A stretch of 64,000 nucleotides of DNA from assembly GCA_002067705.1 (NCBI GenBank), contig MVRL01000142.1, positions 1,142-65,141 on the forward strand. The letters are read 5' to 3'. Numbering within the stretch: position 1 is the stretch's first letter; the number at the start of each line of letters is the position of its first letter. Source of the stretch: Methanosaeta sp. PtaU1.Bin112 (lineage in GTDB: Archaea > Halobacteriota > Methanosarcinia > Methanotrichales > Methanotrichaceae). Under the pieces are notes generated by a model that had not been told where the DNA came from, did no database searches, and saw nothing but the letters and a program-made list of their open reading frames with translations. Positions 38,492 through 48,011 of the stretch are shown one piece after another. The position numbers and the translations under genes are program-made.

Positions 38492-38835
38492 GAGGATTGA
38501 GTGTCTTGAAGAATATAAAGAGATTTCGGAATATATTCAGAATACCTATCCCATTTCCGCCAATCTCTGGGATGTATATCTTTAAAATTGTTGATATACA
38601 AATATCTTGGCGGCGTATAGCGCCACAGGTCAAATATGCGATATTCAGAGCTCCAGTAGTTGTTATATGTTCCTCTATCCGGATCAAAATAGGACCCCAA
38701 AACAACAGCGCCGGTTTCGTGAGGATTCAGGTTGCCGATAAGGCCGTGGCCGATATGAACCGACGCAGGAGTTGCCAGGCCCTGCCCGATCATCATAACA
38801 AGACAAAAGAATATTGCTGCAATATATCTCTTCAT
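38488..38835 (-). CDS. Secreted hypothetical protein
   Basis: SD-preceded MKRYIAAIFFCLV signal peptide; overlaps the next gene by 4 nt. Confidence 0.7.
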   Translation of the reverse strand: MKRYIAAIFFCLVMMIGQGLATPASVHIGHGLIGNLNPHETGAVVLGSYFDPDRGTYNNYWSSEYRIFDLWRYTPPRYLYINNFKDIHPRDWRKWDRYSEYIPKSLYILQDTQSS

Positions 38836-39247
38836 TGCTATCCTCTTGATTGTCAGGCATTTGATCTTGCAGGAATAAATAATTTGGTCTAAACTTGCTC
38901 TGTGCCTCATGGCCCTCACAGATCCCACCAGGCAGGAAGTCGCTCAACGCTATCGATTGAAGCTATCGATTGGCCGGCGGGGCCATACAAGCTCAGACAG
39001 CGTTTTCGAGAGATAGAGATGCTGCTCTTGGATAGAGACAAAAGATGGCAAGCCAAATGCAATCACATCACCAACCATCCCATCTTTCCCCCCAGCCATA
39101 GGCTTAAGACATGAGCAAGCACATGGATGCATGATCGTTGCACCGGGCAGGAGCGACAACCCGGATCGGGCACAGGCGATTTCCAATGAAACAAATATCA
39201 AATTACAAAGGTAGAAAGACCTCACTCCTCTAAAGGTGATTGACTAA

Positions 39248-39703
39248 ATGGCACAGATAGGCTACTCCAAGGAAGTAATGGACCACTTCATGAATCCCAG
39301 GAATGTGGGGGTGATTGAAAATCCGGATGGATACGGAAAGGTGGGCAACCCCGTATGCGGCGATCTTATGGAAATATTTATCAACGTTAAAGATGACAGA
39401 ATCGATGAGATAAAATTCAGAACCTTTGGCTGCGGAGCGGCCATAGCCGTCTCCAGTATGGTAACTGAGATGGCCAAGGGCAAGACCCTGGATGAGGCCA
39501 TGAAGATCACCCGCAAGGATGTGGCTGATCAGCTTGGAGGCCTGCCGCCCCAGAAGATGCACTGCTCCAACCTCGGTGCCGATGCGCTGCATGCAGCAAT
39601 CGAGGATTACTGGGCCAAGATCGGCAAGATCAAGCCCGAGCAGGCCAAGTCAAAGCTAGCTGAGTCTGAGGAAAGCGAAGAGGGGAAAAGCTGCGGGACG
39701 TGA
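39248..39703 (+). CDS. iscU: Fe-S cluster scaffold protein IscU/NifU
   Basis: YSKEVMDHFMNPRNVG, GNPVCGDLM, FGCGAAIA, KMHCSNL. Confidence 0.96.
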   Translation: MAQIGYSKEVMDHFMNPRNVGVIENPDGYGKVGNPVCGDLMEIFINVKDDRIDEIKFRTFGCGAAIAVSSMVTEMAKGKTLDEAMKITRKDVADQLGGLPPQKMHCSNLGADALHAAIEDYWAKIGKIKPEQAKSKLAESEESEEGKSCGT

Positions 39704-39847
39704 TGGTGGGAAGGCACCTTTTTTCTGGAGATGCTATCCATGATGCTACTCATTTCAGTGCATTTCATAACGAAGATGCACGTTGCCGAAAGACTGCCAA
39801 AGAAACACCCGAAAAGTCAAAAATAGAATAAGATCTCAAGATGCGGC

Positions 39848-40285
39848 TTAGATACCACCAAGGTATTCTGCACCCTGGGTCTTTCCTTGCTCCGAACCCG
39901 CATATTTCGCTATGGCAGAGTCGGACATGAGGTTAATATCGTTGGCAGTATATTTCGCTCCATCACTATTAATGTCATGGACTATGCCCTTGCTTGTGGT
40001 ATTGTTTCCGGCGACGGCGTAGGGCTTCTGCAGATTGACTGGCGCGGCCATCTTTTTCATGATCAGGGATGTATCATTGGCAAAGTTCTTGCCGACCCAT
40101 GCATTCCACTCTTCGACCAGAGCATTGAACGCCTGTATATCCTGGCCCTGAGAAGCCTTTTCGTATGCCTGGCCGAGCTGGAAAGACAGGCGCAGGCCAT
40201 CCACTGTGGCTTGTTGTTCCGGAGCATATGCCGCAGCCAGAGAAACGACTGCCAACAGGCTTGCAAGAATGATAATTGTCTTCAT
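39848..40285 (-). CDS. Secreted hypothetical protein
   Basis: Signal peptide MKTIIILASLLAVVSLAAA and coherent frame. Confidence 0.8.
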   Translation of the reverse strand: MKTIIILASLLAVVSLAAAYAPEQQATVDGLRLSFQLGQAYEKASQGQDIQAFNALVEEWNAWVGKNFANDTSLIMKKMAAPVNLQKPYAVAGNNTTSKGIVHDINSDGAKYTANDINLMSDSAIAKYAGSEQGKTQGAEYLGGI

Positions 40286-40578
40286 GCTAATGACTTTTCT
40301 GTGTAGATTATTAATACCTCTTGGTCAGGCCTATGAATATAGACTGGACTGAGCAGATATGACTGAGCAAGGGAAGATCTGGCGGATCTGTTGCCGGTGG
40401 CCAGAAAGCATTTTCTTGTTGCGTTCCTCCTTCTGGCCTTCCGGAGAGCTTTTGCGGCAGCTATTTTCCGGCTCTCTTTGATCTGATCAACACTGAGGTT
40501 ATCCGCAATACGCAAATGAATGGGTCAACGGGGAGCGAGGCCTGCAAGAGCTTGGCAGCGCCGATCTGCACATGCCTC

Positions 40579-41790
40579 CTACACGTGCATCCTTCTCATG
40601 CCAGTCTCCAGTATTCCCAGAAACTCCGCGCCCACAGCCACCACGCTGTTGGTGAATACTGAAGCATTGATCTCGAATATCGGATAGCGGAATTTCGTGT
40701 ACTCTGACATCAGCCAGGTGGTGGAGCTGGTATCACCCATAAACAGCTCCCTGTATTCCGGCTTTACCGGTATCACGGCGATGTCCTTCTCCCTGCCGTG
40801 CTTCTTGAGCATCACGACCTGCCGGGAGGAGGGATTGGCAGTAATGGGCATCACGTCAGCTCCCTTGCTCAGGGCAGTGACCGTTCCCTCCAGAGCCTCA
40901 TAGGTGTTACCAATGCCGGTGATGGGAATGTAAACGTCTCCAATCTGAAAGCTTGGTGTATTGAAATCCCTCTCCCAATAGCTGCTTTTGTTAAGATGGG
41001 TAAACCTCATCTCAAAAGCGCGGGCCACCAGGCCAGATCTTCCCACTCCGCCGATGATGTACCTGCCGCTCCTGGGCAGCAGCCTGTTAAACCAGTGATC
41101 CAGATGCTCAGGGTCCATCTGGGAGATGAGTCGGGCATTCTCTTCAAAATCATTTATCGTAGAGCGATATTGCGGACAGCCAGGATCGCATACTCCCTTG
41201 AGTCGGGATTGAATATCCGCGAAAAGGGCATTCAAGAAAGCGAGAACCTGGAGCTCAAACTCGGTTCCCATGGGAGAGAGACGGGACCTGGTATCCTTAT
41301 CGGTGGACTCTTTTGTTCTCGCTTTGAAGACCAGAACTGATCCCCTTTCGTACTCGCTTACCATCTTGAAGGCCGTACCTTTCTCATTGGCGGTTATCAG
41401 CTTGATCTCGCCTCCAAGAGATATAATATCGTCAATATATTTATTTACGGCCAGTGTTTCACCGGAGCCGGATATGGCTATGCCCAGGTTCTTACCTTTG
41501 CGGTAGTGCCTCTGCACCGGATCCTCAAGGGTGAACGGAAATACATTATCAAAGTGGTTTTGGATAAGCTGCAAGAAGCTGTAGAGAGAGAGAGCAGACC
41601 GGCCCGCAGCAATGCCGTAGACGAACCTGTTGTCCGGCAACGGTCCCAAAAACTCCACCATGGAGTCGGAAAAGGCAGCAACGCTTGCCATATCCAGATC
41701 CAGCAACTTCTCTAAAAAGCCGCACTGGAGAAGCGTGGCCTCTTGGAAGGTCTTAATCAGGCCTGACATAATGGCACAACTATCGACCAC
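40579..41790 (-). CDS. Tandem double SIS-domain protein (6-phospho-3-hexuloisomerase-like)
   Basis: Two Phi-like halves: AAGRSALS...ISGSGET...ITAN...PMGTEFE and GVGRSGLVARAFEMRFTHL...ITGIGNT...ITAN...PIFE. Confidence 0.75.
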   Translation of the reverse strand: MVDSCAIMSGLIKTFQEATLLQCGFLEKLLDLDMASVAAFSDSMVEFLGPLPDNRFVYGIAAGRSALSLYSFLQLIQNHFDNVFPFTLEDPVQRHYRKGKNLGIAISGSGETLAVNKYIDDIISLGGEIKLITANEKGTAFKMVSEYERGSVLVFKARTKESTDKDTRSRLSPMGTEFELQVLAFLNALFADIQSRLKGVCDPGCPQYRSTINDFEENARLISQMDPEHLDHWFNRLLPRSGRYIIGGVGRSGLVARAFEMRFTHLNKSSYWERDFNTPSFQIGDVYIPITGIGNTYEALEGTVTALSKGADVMPITANPSSRQVVMLKKHGREKDIAVIPVKPEYRELFMGDTSSTTWLMSEYTKFRYPIFEINASVFTNSVVAVGAEFLGILETGMRRMHV

Positions 41791-41829
41791 TCCAAGATAA
41801 GCCTTTTCTTTTTGGTTATAAATTCGATC

Positions 41830-42900
41830 TTAAGTTACGATCTCATGGAGCAGGTTTCTTTCGTTTGCCAGCTTGATCTCCTGAGCGATCCTCCTGCCAT
41901 TGGATAGGCCAGGCTGGATGAGATCGGAATAGGGAGATCCGCTCATGTAGAGGTTGGTGCCAGCCACGATTCTGGCTGATATCTCAAAGACCTTGAACTC
42001 CAGCTCATCAGTGACTATGGTCTCCAGGCTGAAGGCTCCGATCATCCCACCAAATAGCTCCAGGCTGGTCTCCACAACCCTCTCGCCCAGCTCAAAGGCG
42101 CGGGGCAATAGAGACTCGCGCAGAACCAGCGGCAGGTTGCCCGTGACCACGAAGCTGGGATAGATGCCCGCTTCCGCCAGCTCTTTCATGCTTCCTATGC
42201 GAAAGATCTCGTCGGCATTGGACTCGACGCGCCGATCGATGCCCAGCATCTGCAGAGATCCTTTGCTGAGCTTGTATCCTTCCTCGTTTATGGGCGAATA
42301 GAAGAAATGGATGTAATATCTGGTGCCCAGGATGAACTCCTGGATGGTGTACTTCTCTTCCGCTTTCATCTTCATGAGCAGCTCATCTTTGGTCTTGGCA
42401 ATGAAAAAGCCCCTTCCGCCTTTAGCACCGTGATATTTTATGATGACAGGTCGGTCGATATCATCCGCCGTTTCAAACCGCATGGGAACATTTACCCCGG
42501 CTCTTAAAAGCCACTCTCTCTCCATCTCCCGGTCGCTCTCCCAGGCCAGAACGCGCCTGTTTCCGAAGGTGGGAACGGCCAGCGATTCAAACTTCTCAAT
42601 TCCCAGATACTCTACCAGAGAGCCGTGCGGAATAATGATCACATTCTCGGCTATGAGATCATCAGCATAATCCAGCAGCGCCTTATAGCTCTCCACAGAG
42701 AGGAACTTGTCCGGCTTTGCTTGGGGAAAGGCGTCGTAGAACCGAGGAGGCTGACCGATGCATATTCCTATGGTCTTGAAGCCCTCCATGCGCGCACCAT
42801 GGAAAATTTGCAGGCTGCTGTGCGAGCAGATGGTAGCAATGGTAAGGTCGTTCTTATCGTATCCCTTCAAAATCTTTTGAATATCTTCTTTAGAAATCAT
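41830..42900 (-). CDS. purP: Formate--phosphoribosylaminoimidazolecarboxamide ligase PurP
   Basis: IATICSHSSLQIF, IPHGSLVEY, FGNRRVL, GAKGGRG, TGNLPLVLRESLL, FEISARIVAGTN. Confidence 0.93.
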   Translation of the reverse strand: MISKEDIQKILKGYDKNDLTIATICSHSSLQIFHGARMEGFKTIGICIGQPPRFYDAFPQAKPDKFLSVESYKALLDYADDLIAENVIIIPHGSLVEYLGIEKFESLAVPTFGNRRVLAWESDREMEREWLLRAGVNVPMRFETADDIDRPVIIKYHGAKGGRGFFIAKTKDELLMKMKAEEKYTIQEFILGTRYYIHFFYSPINEEGYKLSKGSLQMLGIDRRVESNADEIFRIGSMKELAEAGIYPSFVVTGNLPLVLRESLLPRAFELGERVVETSLELFGGMIGAFSLETIVTDELEFKVFEISARIVAGTNLYMSGSPYSDLIQPGLSNGRRIAQEIKLANERNLLHEIVT

Positions 42901-42959
42901 GGTGATGACCTTTGAAACGATCAGGTTGGTATGAAGGTAGATAAACCCTTCGCAAAGAT

Positions 42960-45149
42960 CTAGATCCCGCCGAAGATATCCCCTTTTGCTTTTTCCCTTA
43001 TCCCGGCACCTTCCATCTTCATGGTCGACTCCAGCGCTTTTTTGTAGAATCGATCCGCGTATTCCTTGGCCATCCTTCGGGCGGAAAAGCCCCGTCCGGC
43101 CATCTTGATGGCCTCTTTCATGATAGCCGCCCAGCCGTGCGAGACGCCATCCTCATCCACATCATAGAACAGCGGCACAATGTCCTTTTCGAGCAAGTCG
43201 TAGATGGCAGCGGCGTCGCGTGCATCCCTGTCCGGCCCATCGGCTGCGCCTTCTACAGCCCAGCCATTCTTTCCGTTGTAGCCTTCAATCCACCATCCAT
43301 CCAGGATGGAGAGCTGAGGCACGCCGTTTAAGGTGGCTTTCATGCCGCTCGTCCCGCTCGCTTCCATGGGCGGCAGAGGATTGTTGACCCAGACATCAAC
43401 GCCATGCACCAGATACTGTGCCAGAAGCTCATCATAGTCCTCAACAAAGGCGATGCGACCTCCGAAGGCCTGGTCCCTGGCGGCCTTGAAGACCATTTGC
43501 AGCAGCTGCTTGCTCTGCTGGTCGTCCTGATGAGCTTTGCCTGCGAAAATTATCTGCACCGGCCTGCTGGGATCGCCCACGATTCTGGCCAGACGGTTCA
43601 TGTCCTGCAGGAGGAGCGTGGGCCGTTTATAGGAGGCGAAGCGTCTGGCAAAGCCCAAGGTGAGGGCAGACGGATCGAGCAGCACACCGGAAGCTATGAC
43701 ATTATTCAGGTCTGAGCCTGATTTGCGCCACTTGTTGCGGGCCCTTTCTCTTATCTTGGCGATCGCCATCTCTTTCATGAATAGATGATGTTCCCAGATA
43801 ACGCGGTCCGGTATCTCATCAACCAGCTGCCAGATGGCCGGTTGGTCGTGTTCCTCCAGCCAGGTTCGTCCAAGGTACTTGTTGAAGATCTCATCGCCCA
43901 GGCGACGATCGATCCAGGAGGGCACATGCACTCCGTTGGTGATGTGCTCGATGGGAACTTCGCTCACATTGAGTTCGGGCCAGAGCTGCTGCCACATATC
44001 CCGGCTGACCTCACCATGCTTCTTGCTCACCGCGTTTCTATAGGCGCTGCATCGCAGGGCAAAAGCAGTCATGTTGAAGCCCTCCGGGTTAGCGGGATTC
44101 ATTCCCAGGCGGAATAGCTCATCTCTGGAAAGGTCGAGGGTGGGAAGGTAAGAGCCGAAGTACTTGTCTATCAGTTTATAGGAAAAGACGTCATGGCCGG
44201 CGGGAACGGGCGTGTGCGTAGTGAAGACCGTGGTGCTGCGCACGCGCTCGAAGGCATCTCTGTAACTTGCACCTTCTTCTACGATCTCCCGAATCCTTTC
44301 CAGTATGGCAAAAGCGGGATGGCCCTCATTGCAATGAAGAACTGAATAGTCCACGCCCAGGTGGTGCAGGACACGGACCCCTCCGATGCCCAGGACTATC
44401 TCCTGGCGCAGGCGCTGTTCAAGGTCGCCGGTATAGAGCCGGTCGGATATAACCCGATTCCAGGGATCATTGGCCTCGCTGGAGGTATCTATCAGGTAGA
44501 GGCTGGTCTTTCCCACCTGGACCTTCCAGATCTCCAAATAAATCGGAGGATCCATGATCGGCACTTTGACGGTGATCGGATCTCCATTAGCATCTTCCAT
44601 CTTTCTAATGGGGGCATTCTCTCGATCTATCATCTCGCAGGCTCCCATCTGCCAGCCGTCCGGCGAGATCATCTGGCGAAGATATCCCTGCGGGTACATG
44701 AATCCGACAGCGACGAGAGGCAGGCCCAGGTCGCTGCCTTCTTTGAGAAAGTCTCCTGCTAAAAAGCCCAGACCGCCTGCATAAAAAGGAAGGGCGTGGT
44801 GCAGGCCGTACTCTGCCGAGAAGTAGGCGATCTTGCATTTGTCCGGCTGAGCCACACGGTTGCAGAACCAGCCTGAAGATGGGTCCATGTAGCTATTGAA
44901 GCGGGTCATGACGGACTCGTAGTGCCTGAGAAAGTGCGGGTCGGATGCAGCTGCCTGCAGAGCAGCACCATCCATGCGGTTGATCATCTTTACAGGATTG
45001 TGGTTGCTCAGATACCAGCCCCTGCGATTGAGGAGCTTGAAGAGAGCCCTGCCCTCTGGATGCCAGCTCCACCAGAGATTGTAGGCCAGCTCTCGCAATC
45101 CTGAGATCCTTTCGGGTAGATGGGGAAATTTGTCTTTGATGCCTTGCAT
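42960..45149 (-). CDS. glgP: Alpha-glucan phosphorylase
   Basis: LAYNLWWSW, AYFSAEYG, YAGGLGFLAGD, NEGHPAF, FARRFASYKR, EASGTSGMKA (PLP lysine). Confidence 0.96.
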   Translation of the reverse strand: MQGIKDKFPHLPERISGLRELAYNLWWSWHPEGRALFKLLNRRGWYLSNHNPVKMINRMDGAALQAAASDPHFLRHYESVMTRFNSYMDPSSGWFCNRVAQPDKCKIAYFSAEYGLHHALPFYAGGLGFLAGDFLKEGSDLGLPLVAVGFMYPQGYLRQMISPDGWQMGACEMIDRENAPIRKMEDANGDPITVKVPIMDPPIYLEIWKVQVGKTSLYLIDTSSEANDPWNRVISDRLYTGDLEQRLRQEIVLGIGGVRVLHHLGVDYSVLHCNEGHPAFAILERIREIVEEGASYRDAFERVRSTTVFTTHTPVPAGHDVFSYKLIDKYFGSYLPTLDLSRDELFRLGMNPANPEGFNMTAFALRCSAYRNAVSKKHGEVSRDMWQQLWPELNVSEVPIEHITNGVHVPSWIDRRLGDEIFNKYLGRTWLEEHDQPAIWQLVDEIPDRVIWEHHLFMKEMAIAKIRERARNKWRKSGSDLNNVIASGVLLDPSALTLGFARRFASYKRPTLLLQDMNRLARIVGDPSRPVQIIFAGKAHQDDQQSKQLLQMVFKAARDQAFGGRIAFVEDYDELLAQYLVHGVDVWVNNPLPPMEASGTSGMKATLNGVPQLSILDGWWIEGYNGKNGWAVEGAADGPDRDARDAAAIYDLLEKDIVPLFYDVDEDGVSHGWAAIMKEAIKMAGRGFSARRMAKEYADRFYKKALESTMKMEGAGIREKAKGDIFGGI

Positions 45150-45330
45150 GATAGTGTCAGCTCCCTAGCAGGCCGTACTGAGGGCTCTCCTCAGAGATAT
45201 ATCCTTCGAATATTTGTAGTGAACTACCCTGAAGGATAGGTCTTCTCATCTAGACAGAATCCGACAGGCCAGAGCCTTTCTTTTTCGTGCTCCAGACAGC
45301 AGCTTCGCTTCTCCAGTCTGCTGGAAATCA

Positions 45331-45840
45331 TTAGAACACCTCCAGTGTGGACTGCGATCCGGCCATTTTCATCTCCGCCTTAGATCTGCATCTTGCGGGA
45401 GCTTTGGGCGTCTCGTAGAAGCAAAATACCCGGTCAGCTAGTTCGGCTATCTTCTCTAGATGAGGGTCTAAGGCTGGTGAATAGAGCAGAATGGTTGCCT
45501 CTCTGGAGGCTTGTCTCAGTGCTTGTGCCAGATAGAGAACCATCTCTTTGGCATCCTCATACAGAGACGGATCATGTTCGATGATCAAGAAGCTGTGGTG
45601 GTTTTCCTCCAGGATGGTCATCAGCTGGAAGGATGTGAAGGCCCGGCGCACCTCTAATTCTGTAAAGAGTCGATCCAGTCGGCTGAGCGTGCATGAGCGG
45701 TTACCGCAGACGAAGAGGATTTTGTAGCGCTGCAATTCCAGATGGCTGTTCAGGGCGCCTGCCAGCATCTCTGCCGGGGCAACCAGGATATTGAATGTTT
45801 CAGGTAGCAGAGAGACAGCCGGGTGCAGTTCGATTTCCAT
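45331..45840 (-). CDS. Inactivated RecA/RadA-fold-like protein with PIP-box-like C-terminus
   Basis: VRRAFTSFQLMTIL, LIIEHD, TILLY and ADRVF segments, no Walker A; ends QSTLEVF. Confidence 0.6.
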   Translation of the reverse strand: MEIELHPAVSLLPETFNILVAPAEMLAGALNSHLELQRYKILFVCGNRSCTLSRLDRLFTELEVRRAFTSFQLMTILEENHHSFLIIEHDPSLYEDAKEMVLYLAQALRQASREATILLYSPALDPHLEKIAELADRVFCFYETPKAPARCRSKAEMKMAGSQSTLEVF

Positions 45841-46078
45841 GAAAAAGATGTAAGTGGCTCAACGAATATGAGAGCAAGCCGCGCGTGGAGCGAAAGTAAT
45901 GAGGGGATATGAATGTACCTATGCCAGCGATAGATAACAATTCAAGGTATAGCTAAATAGTATTGTTAAATAATATGCATGATAGGCTGGTGGTGATGAG
46001 ATATCAGGTCTTAATTCTCAGATCCTACGAGCAACCAGCATCATTTAAGCCCAAGCATCTTGTATGGAGGAGTTGGAA

Positions 46079-46363
46079 ATGGCTGTTTATAAAATAAGAT
46101 GTGAAGTAGTTAGCATTGCAGGAGACAAGGAAAAGTGTATAGGCGCGGCAAAAATGAAAAAAGGCGAAAGTTTCGTCTTTGAAGCCAGAACGCCTGAGGG
46201 CATGTGCGTAAGAGCATTCAATGCCATCTTTCCGTCAGCTTTCGCGATGCGGTATAGCGATAAAATGCCCTGGGAAAAAGGCGATGGTTATGTGGAAGTA
46301 ACCTGTCCTGATGGAGATATAGTTGTTCGGTTAAGTCGTATTAAAGAATCGCTGCAAATTTGA
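46079..46363 (+). CDS. TIGR04076-family small Cys protein
   Basis: KC...PEGMCVRAFNAIFP...W...VTCPDG pattern; GGAGG SD. Confidence 0.75.
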   Translation: MAVYKIRCEVVSIAGDKEKCIGAAKMKKGESFVFEARTPEGMCVRAFNAIFPSAFAMRYSDKMPWEKGDGYVEVTCPDGDIVVRLSRIKESLQI

Positions 46364-46435
46364 TGCAAAATATTTTGCTTACCTTCTTTTTTTCCGAAAT
46401 GGAACTTGCTGAAGCGCAGCCAATAATCATCGATC

Positions 46436-47329
46436 TCAAGAGACGAGATACACTCCTGCAATAATCAGGATAATGGCGACCGTCTTCAGAGCTATCGTCT
46501 TTCTGTCCAGCTCTTCCTCCAGGATTCCCGGAACAAACAGCCCCAGGACTACGACATAGATCAGAGTTATAAACGGCTGAAGAGCGGCCACGCTGGAGAC
46601 CAGGGCAACTGAGCCGACGGCATAGGCGAAGATGAAGGCTCCTCTTCCCAGAAAGTCGAAGATCTCGTCTGCCAGAAGGACGGAGAGCAGAAACGGACCG
46701 CGGCGGAAGTACGCAGCAAACTCCCTGCGCACCTGCTCCCGAGCTAGAAGGGGCAGCACGGTGAGCAGACTGCCCAGGGATGACCAGAGAATTAAATGCC
46801 ATTCGCTCATGAAGTCGAGCAGGTATTTGGCAGCCAGAGCATAGACCGCCGAAAAGATCCAGAAGACTGCCATGTATCTGAGAGCAGGTGAGATAATAGC
46901 AGGACCTCCGGGCTTCGCAGGCCGGTAGGAGATCAACAGAGCGCTGCCGACCAGCAGAGCGCCTCCTGCATAATCCTTGGTGGCGAGGGTCTCTCCTAAA
47001 AGGAGGAACGCGCCCAGGAAGACGAAGACCGGAAAGACGAAGACCATCGCGGCTACCCGGCTCGTCTCCTCCACGTGAAGGGCCAGGAGATAGGCAGCCC
47101 ATAAGACCACCTGAATGCTGCCTGCCGCCATAGCGTAAAAGGTCTGAGGGTAGACAAAACCCCATCCCAAATATAGCGGGATGACCGCGATAAGCATCTG
47201 CTGCAGGACTACCAGCGCTGCCAGATAGGCGAGAGGATTTCGTACGTACTTGCTGAGGATGAACTTGTCGATTACCCCGGTAACGGCAAGAGAAGCAGCG
47301 CCCACTAATGAGAGGATGAACCAGTCCAC
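46436..47329 (-). CDS. EamA/DMT-family transporter
   Basis: Ten hydrophobic helices in two repeats; ETSRV, GAFLLLGE and VSSVAALQP motifs. Confidence 0.88.
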   Translation of the reverse strand: MDWFILSLVGAASLAVTGVIDKFILSKYVRNPLAYLAALVVLQQMLIAVIPLYLGWGFVYPQTFYAMAAGSIQVVLWAAYLLALHVEETSRVAAMVFVFPVFVFLGAFLLLGETLATKDYAGGALLVGSALLISYRPAKPGGPAIISPALRYMAVFWIFSAVYALAAKYLLDFMSEWHLILWSSLGSLLTVLPLLAREQVRREFAAYFRRGPFLLSVLLADEIFDFLGRGAFIFAYAVGSVALVSSVAALQPFITLIYVVVLGLFVPGILEEELDRKTIALKTVAIILIIAGVYLVS

Positions 47330-47592
47330 AATGTTATTTCTGATGGATGGCAGTTATAGCTTTCGCATCAGTTAGATTTATATAAGTTGGGTTAGAACCT
47401 TATCTTTTATGTCGAGGCTCATTAATTCTATTCTCTGTCCGGAGCACGGCAATGGTGCATCCTTAGATGCATCTATGAAACATTCAGGCTTATAAACCCA
47501 ATCCGGTGATGAATTGGGTTGGGCTCTATTTGTTTTGTTGCTGTGCAGCAGTATCGAATTTTGAAAAAGAAAACAAGTTTAAAATCAAGAAA

Positions 47593-47820
47593 ATGATAGA
47601 TCAAATTGGAAGAAGAACATTGAGAGAGTATTTGAACATAGTAGTCGCCCCCAGCCTGCTCAGGCGGGAAGCGCTGGACGCATTTCCAATCGAGGCTATT
47701 GAGAGCCTTGTCAGGGGCGGGCTTCGTTATGCGAATGCATTCCTGGTTGAAGGAATTCTTGCCCTGGGCGCAGGTATCGGAGTCGGCCTGGTGGCGGTCC
47801 TCGTCAGGGCGGGATGGTAG
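47593..47820 (+). CDS. Small hypothetical protein with C-terminal TM helix (75 aa)
   Basis: MIDQIGRRTLREYL...GILALGAGIGVGLVAVLVRAGW; ends 2 nt before the next ATG. Confidence 0.5.
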   Translation: MIDQIGRRTLREYLNIVVAPSLLRREALDAFPIEAIESLVRGGLRYANAFLVEGILALGAGIGVGLVAVLVRAGW

Positions 47821-47822
47821 AT

Positions 47823-47960
47823 ATGGATAGCAAAACGAAATTTATCATCCCGCTTTTTGGCAGAGATGCTTTGCTTGAGAAACGCATCAGTTTGCTGGAG
47901 CGGCTCGCAGAGTGCGCCAATGAGATCAAAGAGATCGATGAACAACTGAAGCTGATTTGA
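47823..47960 (+). CDS. Small coiled-coil protein (45 aa), not in the ORF track
   Basis: MDSKTKFIIPLFGRDALLEKRISLLERLAECANEIKEIDEQLKLI; heptad pattern and purine-rich upstream. Confidence 0.5.
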   Translation: MDSKTKFIIPLFGRDALLEKRISLLERLAECANEIKEIDEQLKLI

Positions 47961-48011
47961 GGGCTAGAGGAAATGCCAGTGGCGGTCCGGCCGGGGCAGC
48001 TGGTTGAGCCA

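Noticed and set aside
38900-39230. Short ORFs between the secreted gene and iscU
   Set aside because: All frames are interrupted and no motif is recognisable. This may be decayed sequence, but I cannot support a call.
40300-40575. GC-rich gap with short frames
   Set aside because: No consistent SD/start or recognisable product.
378-45840. PolA, PriL-CTD-like, RPA/RadA and RecA-like genes as one integrated replicon
   Set aside because: They are spread over 45 kb among core genes, with no helicase, integrase or capsid gene. Only possible functional links are kept, as hypotheses.
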